From Eledone cirrhosa (Eukaryota), in NCBI GenBank assembly GCA_964016885.1, contig OZ024765.1, positions 13,888,001 to 13,952,000 on the forward strand: 64,000 nucleotides of DNA, read 5' to 3'. Shown piece after piece: positions 38,702-52,000 of the stretch. Made by a program: the position numbers and the translations under genes. Under the pieces are notes generated by a model. It was not told the origin of the DNA, made no database searches, and worked only from the letters and a program-made list of their open reading frames with translations. Numbering within the stretch: position 1 is the first letter of the stretch; the number at the start of each line of letters is the position of its first letter.

Positions 38702-38820
38702 TCACTGTCTGATCTTACATGACATCTCATGATTCATCTGACATTCGCACATATGGCAGAAGAACTTCCGTCCTTCAGCGAGGTTGTAAGTTATGCCATT
38801 ATGGTCACAGGCTGACGACA
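38702..38820 (-). CDS. Putative VWC-like exon, possibly terminal, of an upstream gene
   Basis: CCACAG acceptor; SSACDHNGITYNLAEGRKFFCHMCECQMNHEMSCKIRQ* fits the VWC pattern C.HNG.TY..GE....C..C.C.....C; an alternative GTAAG donor lies at ~38718. Confidence 0.55.
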
Positions 38821-39002
38821 CTGTGGAGATATTGTGATATTGAGACAGAGCTGTGAGGTGACTGTGGAGTGGCGCGGGGGCGGGATGGGGGGTGGGGATA
38901 CTATAGCAGCAACGGCAACAAAAAACACCAACAACAACAGTAACAATATATATATATATATATATATTGTTATACTTTGGGAGGGTCATGTTGCCAATAA
39001 GA

Positions 39003-39590
39003 AACACACGCACCAGTTGCTTTCAAAATGTGTCCCCTTGATGACCCCCTTGAGCGTGGGGAATAGGAAAAAATCACACGGAGCCAGGTCGGGAGAGTAG
39101 GGAGGTTGCTCCAGCACGGCGATGTTCTTGTCGGCCAGAAACTGTCGGATGCTCAGGGCATTGTGAGCAGGCGCGTTGTCATGGTGAAGCACCCACGAGT
39201 TGTCCTGCCACAACTCTCGCCTCTTCTCAAGCACTAAACGAAGCAAACGCTGTAGTAACTCTTTTTAGACATATTGGTTGATCGTCTGGCCCTGTGGCAA
39301 GAACTCGCAGTGGACGATCCCCCTCACATCGAAGAATGTGATCAACATGACCTTGACTTTGGACTTCGACTGTCGTGCTTTCTTCAGCCTTGGCGACGAC
39401 AGACTCTTCCACTGAAGGCTCTGGCGTTTGGTTTCCGGGTCGTACTCGAAGATCCATGACTCATCACCGGTGATGACTGTCCCTAGCAAGTCTGGTTCGG
39501 TTTCAAGATGCTCGAGGATGTCCTGGCACACTTGCATGCGTCGACCCTTCTGGTCATCGTTCAACAGTTTTGGCACCATCTTCGCGTAGA
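39003..39590 (-). mobile_element. Mariner (Tc1/mariner DDxD) transposase fragment with a frameshift
   Basis: AKMVPKLLNDDQKGRRMQVC...VITGDESWIFEYDPETKRQS...KVMLITFFD...GQTIN, then in another frame WVLHHDNAPAH...QPPYSPDLAPCDFFLFP. Confidence 0.93.
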
Positions 39591-39960
39591 CTTTAAAACC
39601 TCCATGGAAGAAACTACCTGCATCAGTTGTTAGCTGTCGAGACACTGCATCCTTTAAAACCTCCATGGAACAAACTACCTGCATCAGTTGTTAGCTGTCG
39701 AGACACTGCATCCTTTAAAACTGCCATGGAACAAACTACCTGCATCAGTTGTTAGCTGTCGAGACACTGCATCCTTTAAAACTGCCATGCTTCCCGAGAT
39801 TCACCAACACTACACCTAATGTTCCCCCTCCATACACACACACACATGTATTTCATGACTCATACACTATTCACTTCCCTGACATTTGTATATTATCCTA
39901 TGTACTATACATGCACCTTTGATGAGTTGTAGTGCACCTGAGCACTGTACACAATAATTT
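39590..39960 (+). mobile_element. CR1/L2-like LINE 3' end with three copies of a 61-bp unit
   Basis: CATGGAACAAACTACCTGCATCAGTTGTTAGCTGTCGAGACACTGCATCCTTTAAAACCTC repeated, followed by the same tail as 61000-61190. Confidence 0.75.
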
Positions 39961-40205
39961 TCATTATTATAAAAAGAAGGGCAGTGGATTGGCAGTATTG
40001 ATAGAGAGTTGGACACCATGCTTTGCAGCATAGTTACAGCCCTTTATGATTTGAGTTCAAATCCTGCCGAGGTTAACTTTGCTTTCATTTTTACGGGGTC
40101 GATAAAATAAAGTACCAGTAATGCACTGGGTAATTGCTGGCCTTGTGCCAAAAGTAGAAACAATTATTATAAAAAGAAGAAGAAAGCTTTGCGTAACATA
40201 CATAC

Positions 40206-40284
40206 CTAAGGAAATGGTAGGCACACTTAATCTGATTGTGAAAACAAATACAGTGCTTTCCATCTGTTGTGTCTTTAGTGCAGT
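40206..40284 (-). CDS. Putative Cys-rich exon of the upstream gene
   Basis: GTTTTCAG acceptor and AG|GTATGT donor; (D)CTKDTTDGKHCICFHNQIKCAYHFL. Its phase-2 end does not join directly to the phase-1 exon at 38820. Confidence 0.5.
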
Positions 40285-40538
40285 CTGAAAACAAACGATA
40301 AATAATATATATGATATACTTGATTAAGTGAGATTTAATAACAAATTGCTAAAATTTCCCAGACAATTCTCTTCACAACATCCCTCATTGGACCTACTCC
40401 TCACACACAGTCCCTTTCATTCTTCCTCAACACATGACCTAGCCATCTCATTCAATTTCTTTTCACAACATTCATCACTGGCTCTAAGAAAAACAGACCC
40501 TTAAATATATTTTCCGTGCTATCTCAAACTTCACCTTT

Positions 40539-40593
<55 letters not shown>

Positions 40594-41055
40594 GTGAGTT
40601 TTTTTTACAAAATGAAAAAAAAAACGAGGTGTCCGACACTGGTGATAGTATAGGGAAAAAAGATGAAATCAAAAATGTGAGAAAAACCACAAACCCTCCA
40701 TCTTACTTCTACTTTTGAAAAGCACAAGAACTGCGAAACCGGTAAAGGAACCAAATAAATATATTTAAAAAAAAAAAGACTCCAGTTGCATTTTTGATTT
40801 CATCTTTTTTCCTTATATATATATCATCATCATCATCATCATCATCATTTTACGTCCGCTTTTCCCTGCTTGCAAGGGTGGGACGGGAACTGATTCTGGC
40901 TTGATTTCTACAGCTGGATGCCCTTCCTAACGCCAACCTCATTTACAGTGAGTGCTCTGGGTGCTTTTTTGCCGTGGCACCTCCACGACCACTTTGCAGT
41001 TGAATGATAAGGATCCCAGTCCCTATCATCTCATTTCTACAGCGGAGTATATATA

Positions 41056-41725
41056 TGGATGTGTAATAGTAATATACGTGAACGGCAAAGCATAAATGAA
41101 CTAAGTGAGTAATTAGGAATAAGAGGAATCAGATGCTGTTTACTCAAGAGAAGACTACGATGGTATGGTCACATGATGCGCATGAAAGATGAGATCTGTA
41201 TAAAAAAGTGCAGGGCGATCAAAATAGATGGTAGCTATGGAGTAGGTAGACCCAGAAAAACCTTATTGAATGCCGACCTTACACACTTGCACCTCTCCAA
41301 GACAATGTCGCTGGACCGAGATCTTTGGCGCTATGCAGTAATACAGAAGACCCGCATTGCCTAAGTACAAAGCGAAACCTACAGTCAGTAGGCACCTCTT
41401 AACCTAAATACACCCCCATCCCACTACCCTTACCTCCACCCCCATCTACACCACCCCTTTCGCTGTAAAGTTATGTTGGTACCACAACATCCAGTCCTAA
41501 ACAAATGAGGTCGTGTAGGTGTCACAACAAAAAAAACACGGTCCACGCTGTAATGTGGCCGTGTAGGCAACACGGTAAAAACCTCCCAGTCTACACTGTA
41601 AACGTGGTTGGTGTTAGGAAGGGCATCCAGCCGTAGAAAACCCGCCAGACAGTCCTATACGAGCAAGACAACCACTCTTGCCTCAAGTTGGACAATTCCC
41701 ATCTACACCCATGCTAGCGTGGAAG
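41056..41725 (+). mobile_element. RTE LINE 3' end, same family as 1-1485
   Basis: 41056-41157 closely matches the reverse complement of window positions 1-102; encodes RLRWYGHMMRMKDE...GRPRKT...DRDLWR. Confidence 0.88.
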
Positions 41726-41747
41726 ATTATTGTTACTATGTGTGTGT

Positions 41748-41802
<55 letters not shown>

Positions 41803-41809
<7 letters not shown>

Positions 41810-43620
41810 GGTAAACAGAAATAACAAAACAATCGGTAGAGTATATGGAAGGGTGAGAGATCACAGCCCCGATATTAAAGGCATGTTGTTAAAATGTTTC
41901 AGGAAAGAATCACTGGACAGATTTTAAGGAGAAAACCAACCGGCAGGAGACAGGAGTAGACCCCGAGCAAGATGGTTGGATAACATCCAAAAGTTTGGCT
42001 GGTCTAGCTTGGAACTCCAGCCGGATCATTTGGAGACAGTTGTTTCTGACAGGACCCACTGGAAAGAGTATTTGAGGGCTCTGACCCCACGATTAAATAA
42101 TATATACTTAATTTGACATATATATCGCGTGTTTGTTAAGACAGACCATTACTACAAAGGTTTATATATTACTTAATGGAGAGTATTTTAAAGATAATTA
42201 ATAGTTAATTTAATAATAATAATAAATAATTAATTAATTTAATGATAAGAATTAATAATGAATTTTTAAAATCCCCGTGAAGGCTCGAAACCGTCAACAT
42301 TTATTTAAAATATCTTTGACTTAAAGGAAATAAAAAAATATGTATAATATATATATATATATGTATTCTTTTATTTAATAAAAATAATATATTTATATCA
42401 ATCGATAAATGGAGTTTCGATTACTACCAGGGTTTAGCAAATATATTAACAATCCTTTTATTTTACATTTAGATATTTTATTTATGTATTTTAACAATAA
42501 TTTGTATATATTCCTAAGTCGTGAATTTTTCTGTAATAAAATTTCAGACGTTTTACTTTGAAATTAACGAAAATAATTAAAAATAAATGATTGACAAAAA
42601 TTGGTATTTGTTGGTTAAATTTATGGACAAAGGGAGACAACTGATAGAGAGGAAGATAGAAACATAATATAGGGTAACTCTCTTATTCTCTTATGTTTCT
42701 ATTACTCTATCTTCCTTACTTTCTCTTGTATCTATTACTCTATCTACATTACTTTCTCTCTCTTATTTCTATGAGTCTATCTACATTACTCACTCTGTTG
42801 TGTCTATTACTCTATCTACATTACTTTCTCTCTCTTGTCTGTATTACTCTATCTACATTACTCTCTCTCTCTTGTTACTATTACTCTATCTACATTACTC
42901 CCTCTCTCGTGTCTATCTCTATATCTACATTACTTACTCCCTTGCATCTATTACTCTATCTACTCTCTCATTTCCCTCCCTTGTATCTGTTACTGTGTCT
43001 TCGTTTCTCTCATTTTCACTCCCTTATCTCTATTACTTTATCTCCTCTTCTCTTATTTCCCTCACTTGTATCTATTACTGTATCTACTTCTCTCTTTCTT
43101 CCCTCCCTTGTATCTATTACTCTATTTACTCCTCTCGTATTTCCCTCACTTGTATCTACTACTCTCTCTACTCTTCAAGCATTTTCTCCTTTCTATCTAT
43201 TACTGTATCTCCTCTACTCTTATTTCCCACTCTTGTATCTATTACTCTATCTACATTACTTTCTCCGTTGTTTCTATTACTCTATCTACTCTTATTTCCT
43301 TCCCTTATCTCTATTACTCGATCTCCATTACTCCTTCTCTAGTGTCTATTAATCTATCTACAATACGTTTTTCCTTGTATCTATTACTCTATCCTTTCTT
43401 ATTTCCTCCCTTTGTATCTGTTCCTGTATCTTCATTTCTCTATTTTCTCCCTTGTATCTGTTACTTTATCTACATTACTCCCTCTCTTGTTACTATTACT
43501 CTATTTACATTACACTCTTTCTTGTTTCTATTACTCTGTTTACATCACTTTCTCCCTTGTTTCTATTACTCTATCTACAATTCAGTCACTCGTATTAGTC
43601 TTTCCCTCTCTACTTTTCCA
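41803..43620 (-). repeat. Inverted copy of the ~2.3-kb composite repeat unit
   Basis: Reverse complement of ~46215-47995; for example AACATAATATAGGGTAACTC at 42661 versus GAGTTACCCTATATTATGTT at 47114. Confidence 0.92.
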
Positions 43621-44130
43621 TACACACACAAAACACGCACACACACACACATATATATATTATATATAATATATATATACTCACAAATTGTAAAATCAAT
43701 AATATATATTTAAATCAATGATGGAAGTTTCAAATCGCCGCCAAGACTTAGCAGGTTAGTCATTTTTTATTTATATTTTGCCGCCAAACTCCATGAAATG
43801 AGGGAAAGTTAAAATAAGATGGTGATCATGATGATAGTTTATACTTTAGACACAAGACCAGTAATTTGAAGGGGAGACGAAAATCGATTAAATCGACCCA
43901 AGTGTGTTTCTGGTACTTTATTTTATCGACCCAGTAAGGATGAAAGGTAAAGTTAACCTCGCCGAGATTTGAACTCAGAACTATCAATTTATCATCCCTG
44001 TGATGACAATGATCACAGATTGATAAGAAGTTGCCTCCATTCATTCACCTTCGGTGGACATAGCCTTGGTCAGCAGGTATTCATGTTATCGGACGGTGTC
44101 CAACGTTTACTGGGTGATTCGACCCCCCGA

Positions 44131-45780
44131 CCATAACACCTTACTGGTAGATTCTTAAGCCATAACACCCTCTCACTGGTAGGTCCCTAAACCATAACAC
44201 CCTCTCGTTGGTAACACCCTAAACTATAACACTCTCTTACTGGTAGGTCCCTAAACCATAACACACTCTCACTGGTAGGTCCCTAACCATAAGACTCCAT
44301 CATTGGTAGGTCTCTAAACCATAACACCCTCTCACTGGTAGGTCCCTAAACCATAACACCCTCTCACTGGTAGGTCCCTAAACCATAACACCCTCTCACT
44401 GGTAGGTCCCTAAACCATAACACCCTCTCACTGGTAGGTCCCTAAACCATAACACTCTCTCACTGGTAGGTCCCTAAGCCATAACACCCTCTCGTTAGTA
44501 GGACCATAAACCATAACACCCTCTCACTGGTAGGACCCTAAACCATAACACCATCTCACTGGTAGGTCCCTAAACCATAACACCCTCTCGTTAGTAGGAC
44601 CCTAAACCATAACATCCTCTCGTTGGTAGGACCCTAAACCATAACACCCTCTCACTGGTAGGTCCTTAAGCCATAACACCCTCTCGTTAGTAGGACCATA
44701 AACCATAACACCCTCTCACTGGTAGGTCCCTAAACCATAACACACTCTCGTTAGTAGGACCCTAAACCATAACACCCTCTCGTTAGTAGGACCATAAACC
44801 ATAACACCCTCTCACTGGTAGGTCCCTAAACCATAACACACTCTCACTGGTAGGTCCCTAAACCATAACACTCTCTCACTGGTAGGTCCCTAATCCATAA
44901 CACTCTCTCACTGGTAGGTCCCTAAACCATAACACTTCTCGTTGGTAGGACCCTAAACCATAACACCCTCTTACTGGTAGGTCCCTAAACCATAACACCC
45001 TCTCGTTGGTAGGTCCTTAAGCCATAACATCCTCTCGTTGGTAGGACCCTAAACCATAACACCCTCTCACTGGTAGGTCCCTAAACCATAACACCCTCTC
45101 ACTGGTAGATTCTTAAGCCATAACACCCTCTCCCTGGTAGGTCCCTAAACCATAACACCCACTCGTTGGTAGGTCCCTAAACCATAACACCCTCTCGTTG
45201 GTAACACCCTAAACCATAAGACTCTCTTACTGGTAGGTCCCTAAACCATAACACACTCTCACTGGTAGGTCCCTAACCATAACACTCCATCATTGGTAGG
45301 TCTCTAAACCATAACACCCTCTCGTTGGTAGGACCCTAAACCATAACACCCTCTTACTAGTAGGTCCCTAAACCATAACACCCTCTCGTTAGTAGGACCC
45401 TAAACCATAACATCCTCTCGTTGGTAGGACCCTAAACCATAACACCCTCTCACTGGTAGGTCCCTAAACCATAACACTCTCTCACTGGTAGGTCCCTAAA
45501 CCATAACACCCTCTCACTGGTAGGTCCCTAAACCATAACACTCTCTTACTGGTAGGTCCCTAAACCATAACACTCTCTCACTGGTAGGTCCCTAAACCAT
45601 AACACCCTCTTATTGGTAGGTCCCTAAACCATAACACCCTCTCACTGGTAGGACCCTAAACCATAACACCCTCTCACTGGTAGGTCCCTAAACCATAACA
45701 CTCTCTTACTGGTAGGTCCCTAAACCATAACACTCTCTCACTGGTAGGTCCCTAAACCATAACACCCTCTTACTGGTAGG
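44131..45780. repeat. 32-bp minisatellite, about 51 copies
   Basis: Unit CCATAACACCCTCTCACTGGTAGGTCCCTAAA with recurring variant units. Confidence 0.95.
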
Positions 45781-46049
45781 GAGGGAAATAAGAGAGGAGT
45801 CAATAGAGTAATAGATAATAGGGAGGAGTAGATACAATAATAAAGATAACTGTTTCTACTTTAGGCACAAGGCCAGCAAATACACAGTTCATTACTGGTA
45901 CTTTATTTTATCGACCCCGTAATAATTGTTTCTACTTTTAGCACAAGGCCAGCAATGAACACCAGTGCATTACTGGTACTTTATTTTATCGACCCCGTAA
46001 TAATTGTTTCTACTTTTAGCACAAGGCCAGCAATCAACCCAGTGTATTA

Positions 46050-49000
46050 AACTTTAATCTGTTGTTTTAATATATATATATATGATCTCTCGGGCTTGTA
46101 CGAAGTGCTAAGGGGATATAGTTAATATAAAGATGGTGTGCTCGTGCAAGGAGATCTTATAAAATAACTTATAAATGAATTTTTTTAATAATTAAACCAA
46201 TATTTCTGAGGAAAGGAAAAATAGAGAGAGAAAGACTAAAACGACTGAGTAAGATATAGATAAAGTAATAGATACAAGGGAGGGAAATAAGAGAGTAGTA
46301 GACAGAGTAATAGAGATAAGGGAGGGAAATAAGAGAGGAGTAGATAGAGTAATAGATACAAGGGACGAAAGAAAGAGAGGAGTAGATACAGTAATAAAGA
46401 TAACCGGGGGAAATAAGAGAGGAGGAGATACAGTAACAGAGGCAAGGGAGGGAAAAGGAGGGGAGTAGATAATGTAATAGATACAAGTGAGAGAAATAAG
46501 AAAGGAGTAGATAGAGTAATAGATACAACGGAGGGAAGAAAGAGAGGAGTCGATACAGTAATGAAGATAAGGGAGGGAAATAACAAAGGAGAAGATACAG
46601 TAACAGATAGAAGGGAGGGAAATACTTGAAGCATAGACAGAGTAATAGATACAAGGCAGGGAAGAAAGAGAGGAGGAGATAAAGCAATAGAGATAAGGGA
46701 GAGAAAATGAAAGAAACGAAGACACAGTAACAGATGCAAGGGAGAGAAATGAGAGAGTAGATAGAGTATTAGATACAAGGGAGTAAGTAATGTAGATATA
46801 GGGATAGACACAAGAGAGGGAGTAATGTAGATAGAGTAATGGTAACAAGAGAGAGAGAGTAATGTAGATAGAGTAATAGTAACAAGAGAGAGAGAGTAAT
46901 GTAGATAGAGTAATGGTATCAAGAGCGAGAGAGAGTAATGTAGATAGAGTAATACAGACAAGAGAGAGAATGTAATGTAGATAGAGTAATAGACACAACA
47001 GAGTGAGTAATGTAGATAGAATCATAGAAATAAGAGAGAGAAAGTAATGTAGATAGAGTAATAGATACAAGAGAAAGTAAGGAAGATAGAGTAATAGAAA
47101 CAAGAGAATAAGAGAGTTACCCTATATTATGTTTCTATCTTCCTCTCTTTCAATTGTCTCCCTTTGTCCATAAATTTAACCAACAAATTCCAATTTTTGT
47201 CAATCATTTATTTTTAATTATTTTCGTTAATTTCAAAGTAAAACGTCTGAAATTTTATTACAGAAAAATTCACGACTTAGGAATATATACAAATTATTGT
47301 TAAAATACATAAATAAAATATCTAAATGTAAAATAAAAGGATTGTTAATATATTTGCTAAACCCTGGTAGTAATCGAAATTCCTTTTATCGATTGATATA
47401 AATATATTATTTTTATTAAATAAAAGAATACATATATATATATATATTATACATATTTTTTTATTTCCTTTAAGTCAAAGATATTTTTAATAAATGTTGA
47501 CGGTTTCGAGCCTTCACGGGGATTTTAAAAATTCATTATTAATTCTTATCATTAAATTAATTAATTATTTATTATTATTATTAAATTAACTATTAATTAT
47601 CTTTAAAATACTCTCCATTAAGTAATATATAAACCTTTGTAGCAATGGTCTGTCTTAACAAACACGCGATATATATGTCAAATTAAGTATTTATTATTTA
47701 ATCGTGGGGTCAGAGCCCTCAAATACTCTTTCCAGTGGGTCCTGTCAGAAACAACTGTCTCCAAATGATCCGGCTGGAGTTCCAAGCTAGACCAGCCAAA
47801 CTTTTGGATTTTATCCAAACATCTTGCTCGGGGTCTACTCCTGTCTCCTGCCGGTTGGTTTTCTCCTTAAAATCTGTCCAGTGATTCTTTCCTGAAACAT
47901 TTTAACAACATGCCTTTAATATCGGGGCTGTGATCTCTCACCCTTCCATATACTGTAGTGATTGTTTTGTTATTTCTGTTTACCTTTTACACACACACAC
48001 ACATATATATAGTAACAATAATAAATATGAGGACTAAAATGGAAAGAGGGCTCGATAAGGATAAATATATATGAAATAAGGGTGAAAGCAGCGATGCTTT
48101 GCTTAAACTTTAATCTGTTATTTTAATATATATATGATCTCTCGAACTTGTACGAAGGGCTAAGGAGATATAGTTAATATAAAGATGGTGTGCTCATGCA
48201 AGGAGATCTTATGAAATAACTTATAAATTAGGGTGAAGACCCAAAAAGATGGAAAAAGAAGTTTATTAATACATGAGAAAACCTTTAAAATATTTTGTCC
48301 AGCCGATAATTTTGTTTACCTGTTGCATTAGACTATAATAATTAAAATAACCGTGTTGGACATTTATTTCACTGTTTCGATTATTAAACAGATTAAAATA
48401 AATTAGTTTCTATAATTATTGATGGATTTTTAATGAATTTTTATAATAATTAAACCACTATTTCTGAGGAAAGGAAAAATAGAGAGAGAAAGACTAAAAC
48501 GACTGAGTGAGATATAGATAGAGTAATAGATACAAGTGAGGGAAATAAGAGAGAAGTAGATAGACTAATAGAGATAATGGAGGGAAATAAGAGAGGTGTA
48601 AATAGATTAATAGAATACAAGGGACGAAAGAAAGAGAGGATTAGATACAGTAATAAAGATAAGCGGGGGAAATAAGAGAGGAGGAGATACAGTAACAGAA
48701 GCAAGGGAGGGAAAAGGAGAGGAGTAGATAATGTAATAGATACAAGTGAGAGAAATAAGAAAGGAATAGATAGAGTAATAGATACAAAGGAGGGAAGAAA
48801 GAAAGGAGTCGATACAGTAATAAAGATAAGGGAGGAAAATAAGAGTCGAGGAGATACAGTAACAGATAGAAGGGAGAGAAATGCTTGAAGAGTAGAGAGA
48901 GTAATAGATACAAGTGAGGGAAATAAGAGAAGAGGAGATAAAGCAATAGGGATAAGGGAGTGAAAATGAGAGAAACGAAGACACAGTAACAGATACAAGG

Positions 49001-52000
49001 GAGGGAAATGAGAGAGTAGATAGAGTAATAGATAGAAGGGAGTAAGTAATGTAGATATAGGGATAGACACAAGAGAGGGAGTAATGTAGATAGAGTAATA
49101 GTAACAAGAGAGAGAGAGTAATGTAGATAGAGTAATGGTATCAAGAGCGAGAGAGAGTAATGTAGATAGAGTAATACAGACAAGAGAGAGAATGTAATGT
49201 AGATAGAGTAATAGACGCAACAGAGTGAGTAATGTAGATAGAATCATAGAAATAAGAGAGAGAGAGTAAGGTAGATAGAGTAATAGTAACAAGAGAGATA
49301 GAGTAATACAGACAAGAGAGAGAAAGTAATGTAGATAGAGTAATAGAAAGAACAGAGCGAGTAATGTAGATAGAGTCATAGAAATAAGAGAGAGAAAGTA
49401 ATGTAGATAGAGTAATAGATACAAGAGTAAGTAAGGAAGATAGAGTAATAGAAACATAAGAGAATAAGAGAGTTACCCTATATTATGTTTCTATCTTCCT
49501 CTCTTTCAATTGTCTCCCTTTGTCCATAAATTTAACCAACAAATACCAATTTTTGTCAATCATTTATTTTTAATTATTTTCGTTAATTTCAAAGTAAAAC
49601 GTCTGAAATTTTATTACAGAAAAATTCACGACTTAGGAATATATACAAATTATTGTTAAAATACATAAATGTAAAATAAAAAGATTGTTAATATATTTGC
49701 TAAACCCTGGTAGTAATCGAAACTCCATTTATCGATTGATATAAATATATTATTTTTATTAAATAAAAGAATACATATATATATATATATTATACATATT
49801 TTTTTATTTCCTTTAAGTCAAAGATATTTTAAATAAATGTTGACGGTTTCGAGCCTTCACGGGGATTTTAAAAATTCATTATTAATTCTTATCATTAAAT
49901 TAATTAATTATTTATTATTATTATTAAATTAACTATTAATTATCTTTAAAATACTCTCCATTAAGTAATATATAAACCTTTGTAGTAATGGTCTGTCTTA
50001 ACAAACACGCGATATATGTCAAATTAAGTATTTATTATTTAATCGTGGGGTCAGAGCCCTCAAATACTCTTTCCAGTGGGTCCTGTCAGAAACAACTGTC
50101 TCCAAATGATCCGGCTGGAGTTCCAAGCTAGACCAGCCAAACTTTTGGATGTTATCCAACCATCTTGCTCGGGGTCTACTCCTGTCTCCTGCCGGTTGGT
50201 TTTCTCCTTAAAATCTGTTTAGTGATTCTTTCCTGAAACATTTTAACAACATGCCTTTAATATCGGGGCTGTGATCTCTCACCCTTCCATATACTGTAGT
50301 GATTGTTTTGTTATTTCTGTTTACCTTTTACACACACACAACACACACATATATAGTAACAATAATAAATATGAGGACTAAATGGAAAGAGGGCTCGATA
50401 AGGATAAATATATATGAAATAAGGGTGAAAGCAGCGATGCTTTGCTTAAACTTTAATCTGTTATTTTAATATATATATGATCTCTCGAACTTGTACGAAG
50501 GGCTAAGGGGATATAGTTAATATAAAGATGGTGTGCTCATGCAAGGAGATCTTATGAAATAACTTATAAATTAGGGTGAAGACCCAAAAAGATAGAAAAA
50601 GAAGTTTATTAATACATAAGAAAACCTTTAAAATATTTTGTCCAGCCGATAATTTTGTTTACCTGTTGCATTAGACTATAATAATTAAAATAACCGTGTT
50701 GGACATTGATTTCACTGTTTCGATTATTAAACAGATTAAAATAAATTAGTTTCTATAATTATTGATGGATTTTTAATGAATTTTTATAATAATTAAACCA
50801 ATATTTCTGAGGAAAGGAAAAATAGAGAGAGAAAGACTAAAACGACTGAGTGAGATATAGATAGAGTAATAGATACAAGTGAGGGAAATAAGAGAGAAGT
50901 AGATAGACTAATAGAGATAAGGGAGGGAAATAAGAGAGGTGTAAATAGAGTAACAGATACAAGGGACGAAAGAAAGAGAGGATTAGATACAGTAATAAAG
51001 ATAAGCGGGGGAAATAAGAGAGGAGGAGATACAGTAACAGAAGCAAGGGAGGGAAAAGGAGAGGAGTAGATAATGTAATAGATACAAGTGAGAGAAATAA
51101 GAAAGGAATAGATAGAGTAATAGATACAAAGGAGGGAAGAAAGAAAGGAGTCGATACAGTAATAAAGATAAGGGAGGAAAATAAGAGTCGAGGAGATACA
51201 GTAACAGATAGAAGGGAGAGAAATGCTTGAAGAGTAGAGAGGGTAATAGATACAAGTGAGGGAAATAAGAGAAGAGGAGATAAAGCAATAGGGATAAGCG
51301 AGTGAAAATGAGAGAAACGAAGACACAGTAACAGATACAAGGGAGGGAAATGAGAGAGTAGATAGAGTAATAGATAGAAGGGAGTAAGTAATGTAGATAT
51401 AGGGATAGACACAAGAGAGGGAGTAATGTAGATAGAGTAATAGTAACAAGAGAGAGAGAGTAATGTAGATAGAGTAATACAGACAAGAGAGAATAATGTA
51501 GATAGAGTAATACAGACAAGAGAGAGAATGTAATGTAGATAGAGTAATAGACACAACAGAGTGAGTAATGTAGATAGAATCATAGAAATAAGAGAGAGAA
51601 AGTAATATAGATAGAGTAATAGATACAAGAGAAAGTAAGGAAGATAGAGTAATAGAAACATAAGAGAATAAGAGAGTTACCCTATATTATGTTTCTATCT
51701 TCCTCTCTATCAGTTGTCTCCCTTTGTCCATAAATTTAACCAACAAATACCAATTTTTGTCAATCATTTATTTTTAATTATTTTCGTTAATTTCAAAGTA
51801 AAACGTCTGAAATTTTATTACAGAAAAGTTCACGACTTAGGAATATATACAAATTATTGTTAAAATACATAAATAAAATATCTAAATGTAAAATAAAAGG
51901 ATTGTTAATATATTTGCTAAACCCTGGTAGTAATCGAAACTCCATTTATCGATTGATATAAATATATTATTTTTATTAAATAAAAGAATACATATATATA

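Noticed and set aside
44131-45780. CRISPR-like or telomeric appearance (32-bp period, CCCTAAA motif)
   Set aside because: No unique spacers and no cas genes in a eukaryotic context; CCCTAAA occurs once per unit rather than as a telomeric array.
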